Of a stretch of DNA of 64,000 bases, positions 63,037 through 64,000 are shown in pieces. The position numbers and the translations under genes were made by a program. The notes beneath the pieces are model-generated. The model did not search any database, was not told the DNA's origin, and saw nothing but the letters and a program-made list of their open reading frames with translations. This DNA is from Malacoraja senta (Eukaryota): assembly GCA_038087875.1 (NCBI GenBank), contig CM075997.1, forward strand, positions 4,838,001 to 4,902,000. The letters are read 5' to 3'. How positions within the stretch are numbered: position 1 is the first letter of the stretch; each line of letters opens with the position of its first letter.

Positions 63037-63318
63037 AGCCCCTGTCCCACCGTACGAGGTAATTCAAGAGTTCTCCCGAGTTTTCCCCTGATTCGAACTC
63101 GGAGAATGTCCATAGCGGATCCGTAGGATTTCGTGGATGTCTTGTAGCGGCTCGGAATGGTCAACTACGAGTAAAAAGTAACCATTTTTTTCATCAGGAG
63201 TATTTTTTTACTCCTGGACATTTTTTACAGGGATGAAAAAACGTCACGAGTTTACCGGATGTCCCGAGTACCTACCGTTAGCATTCCGAGCCGCTACGAG
63301 ACATCCACGAACTCCTAC
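63037..63318. mobile_element. Partial PIF/Harbinger-type MITE
   Basis: TAA plus agcccctgtcccac left TIR; no right TIR found. Confidence 0.65.
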
Positions 63319-63420
63319 TTGTATGTATTTATAGTATTATTAGATCTGATTGGATAGCATGTAAAACAAAGCTTTTCACTGTACCTCGGTACACGTGACA
63401 ATAAAGAACCTAAAGCTACC

Positions 63421-63726
63421 GGGCGACACGGTGGCGCAGCGGTAGAGTTGCTGCCTCACAGCGCCAGAGACCCGGGTTCAATCCTGACTATGGGTGCCGT
63501 CTGTACGGAGTTTGTACGTTCTCCCCGTGACCTGCGTGAGATTTCCACAGGAGCTCCAGTTTCCTCCCACACTCCAAAGATGTACTGGTTTGTAGGTTAA
63601 TTGGCTAGGTAAAATTGTAAATTGTCCCTAGTGTGTGCAGGATAGTGTTAGTGTGCGGGGATCGCTGGTCGGCACGGACTCGGTGGGCCGAAGGGCCTGT
63701 TTCCATGCTGTATCTCTAAAAACTAA
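63421..63726 (+). mobile_element. tRNA-V SINE
   Basis: Full consensus match. Confidence 0.85.
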
Positions 63727-64000
63727 GGTGACGATTTGGGTCGAGATCCTTCATCAGGCTGAGAATCAGGGGCGGGGGAGGGGGAAACTAGAGGTATGAG
63801 AAGGTACAGAACAAAGCAGAGCCTGCATCGATGACTCAGGAAAGGTGGAGCCCACAATGCTCCATTGTTGGCTGGGAATGAGATGATAACGAAGGGATAC
63901 AAATGGTGAAATTAGCAAGAGGACTTGGCTGGGGGAGAGGGACGGAGAGAGAGGAAATGCAGGGGTTACTTGGATTAAATTAGAGTTACATTTCTTTAGT

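Overview
This is repeat-saturated vertebrate genomic DNA, mostly intronic or intergenic. The repeat set (HE1/V-SINE-type tRNA SINEs, CR1/HER1-like LINE 3' ends) points to a cartilaginous fish, probably a skate or ray (inference). Most of the window is nested transposon debris: tRNA-V SINEs, CR1 3' fragments, Penelope-like elements with a GIY-YIG remnant and inverted pseudo-LTR ends, Rex1/Babar, RTE-X and L1 3' ends, PIF/Harbinger-type MITEs with TAA/TTA target duplications, one hAT-type MITE and one Helitron-like end. There are also VNTRs, microsatellites and a 200-N assembly gap at 54574-54773. The only host-gene sequence I recognise is one MEIS-family (TALE homeobox, MEINOX region) exon at 54449 (MILAIQVLRFHLLELE). 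Its normal splice donor is replaced by a repeat offering an in-phase cryptic donor, and I found no neighbouring MEIS exons. Other notable signals: candidate minimal hammerhead ribozyme cores in the Penelope-derived repeats, short elements with RTE-X-type tails, a spacerless ~244-bp SINE palindrome, and an inverted local duplication straddling the gap. Almost all ORFs in the supplied track are repeat-derived. Repeat boundaries were read by eye and are approximate unless termini are quoted.
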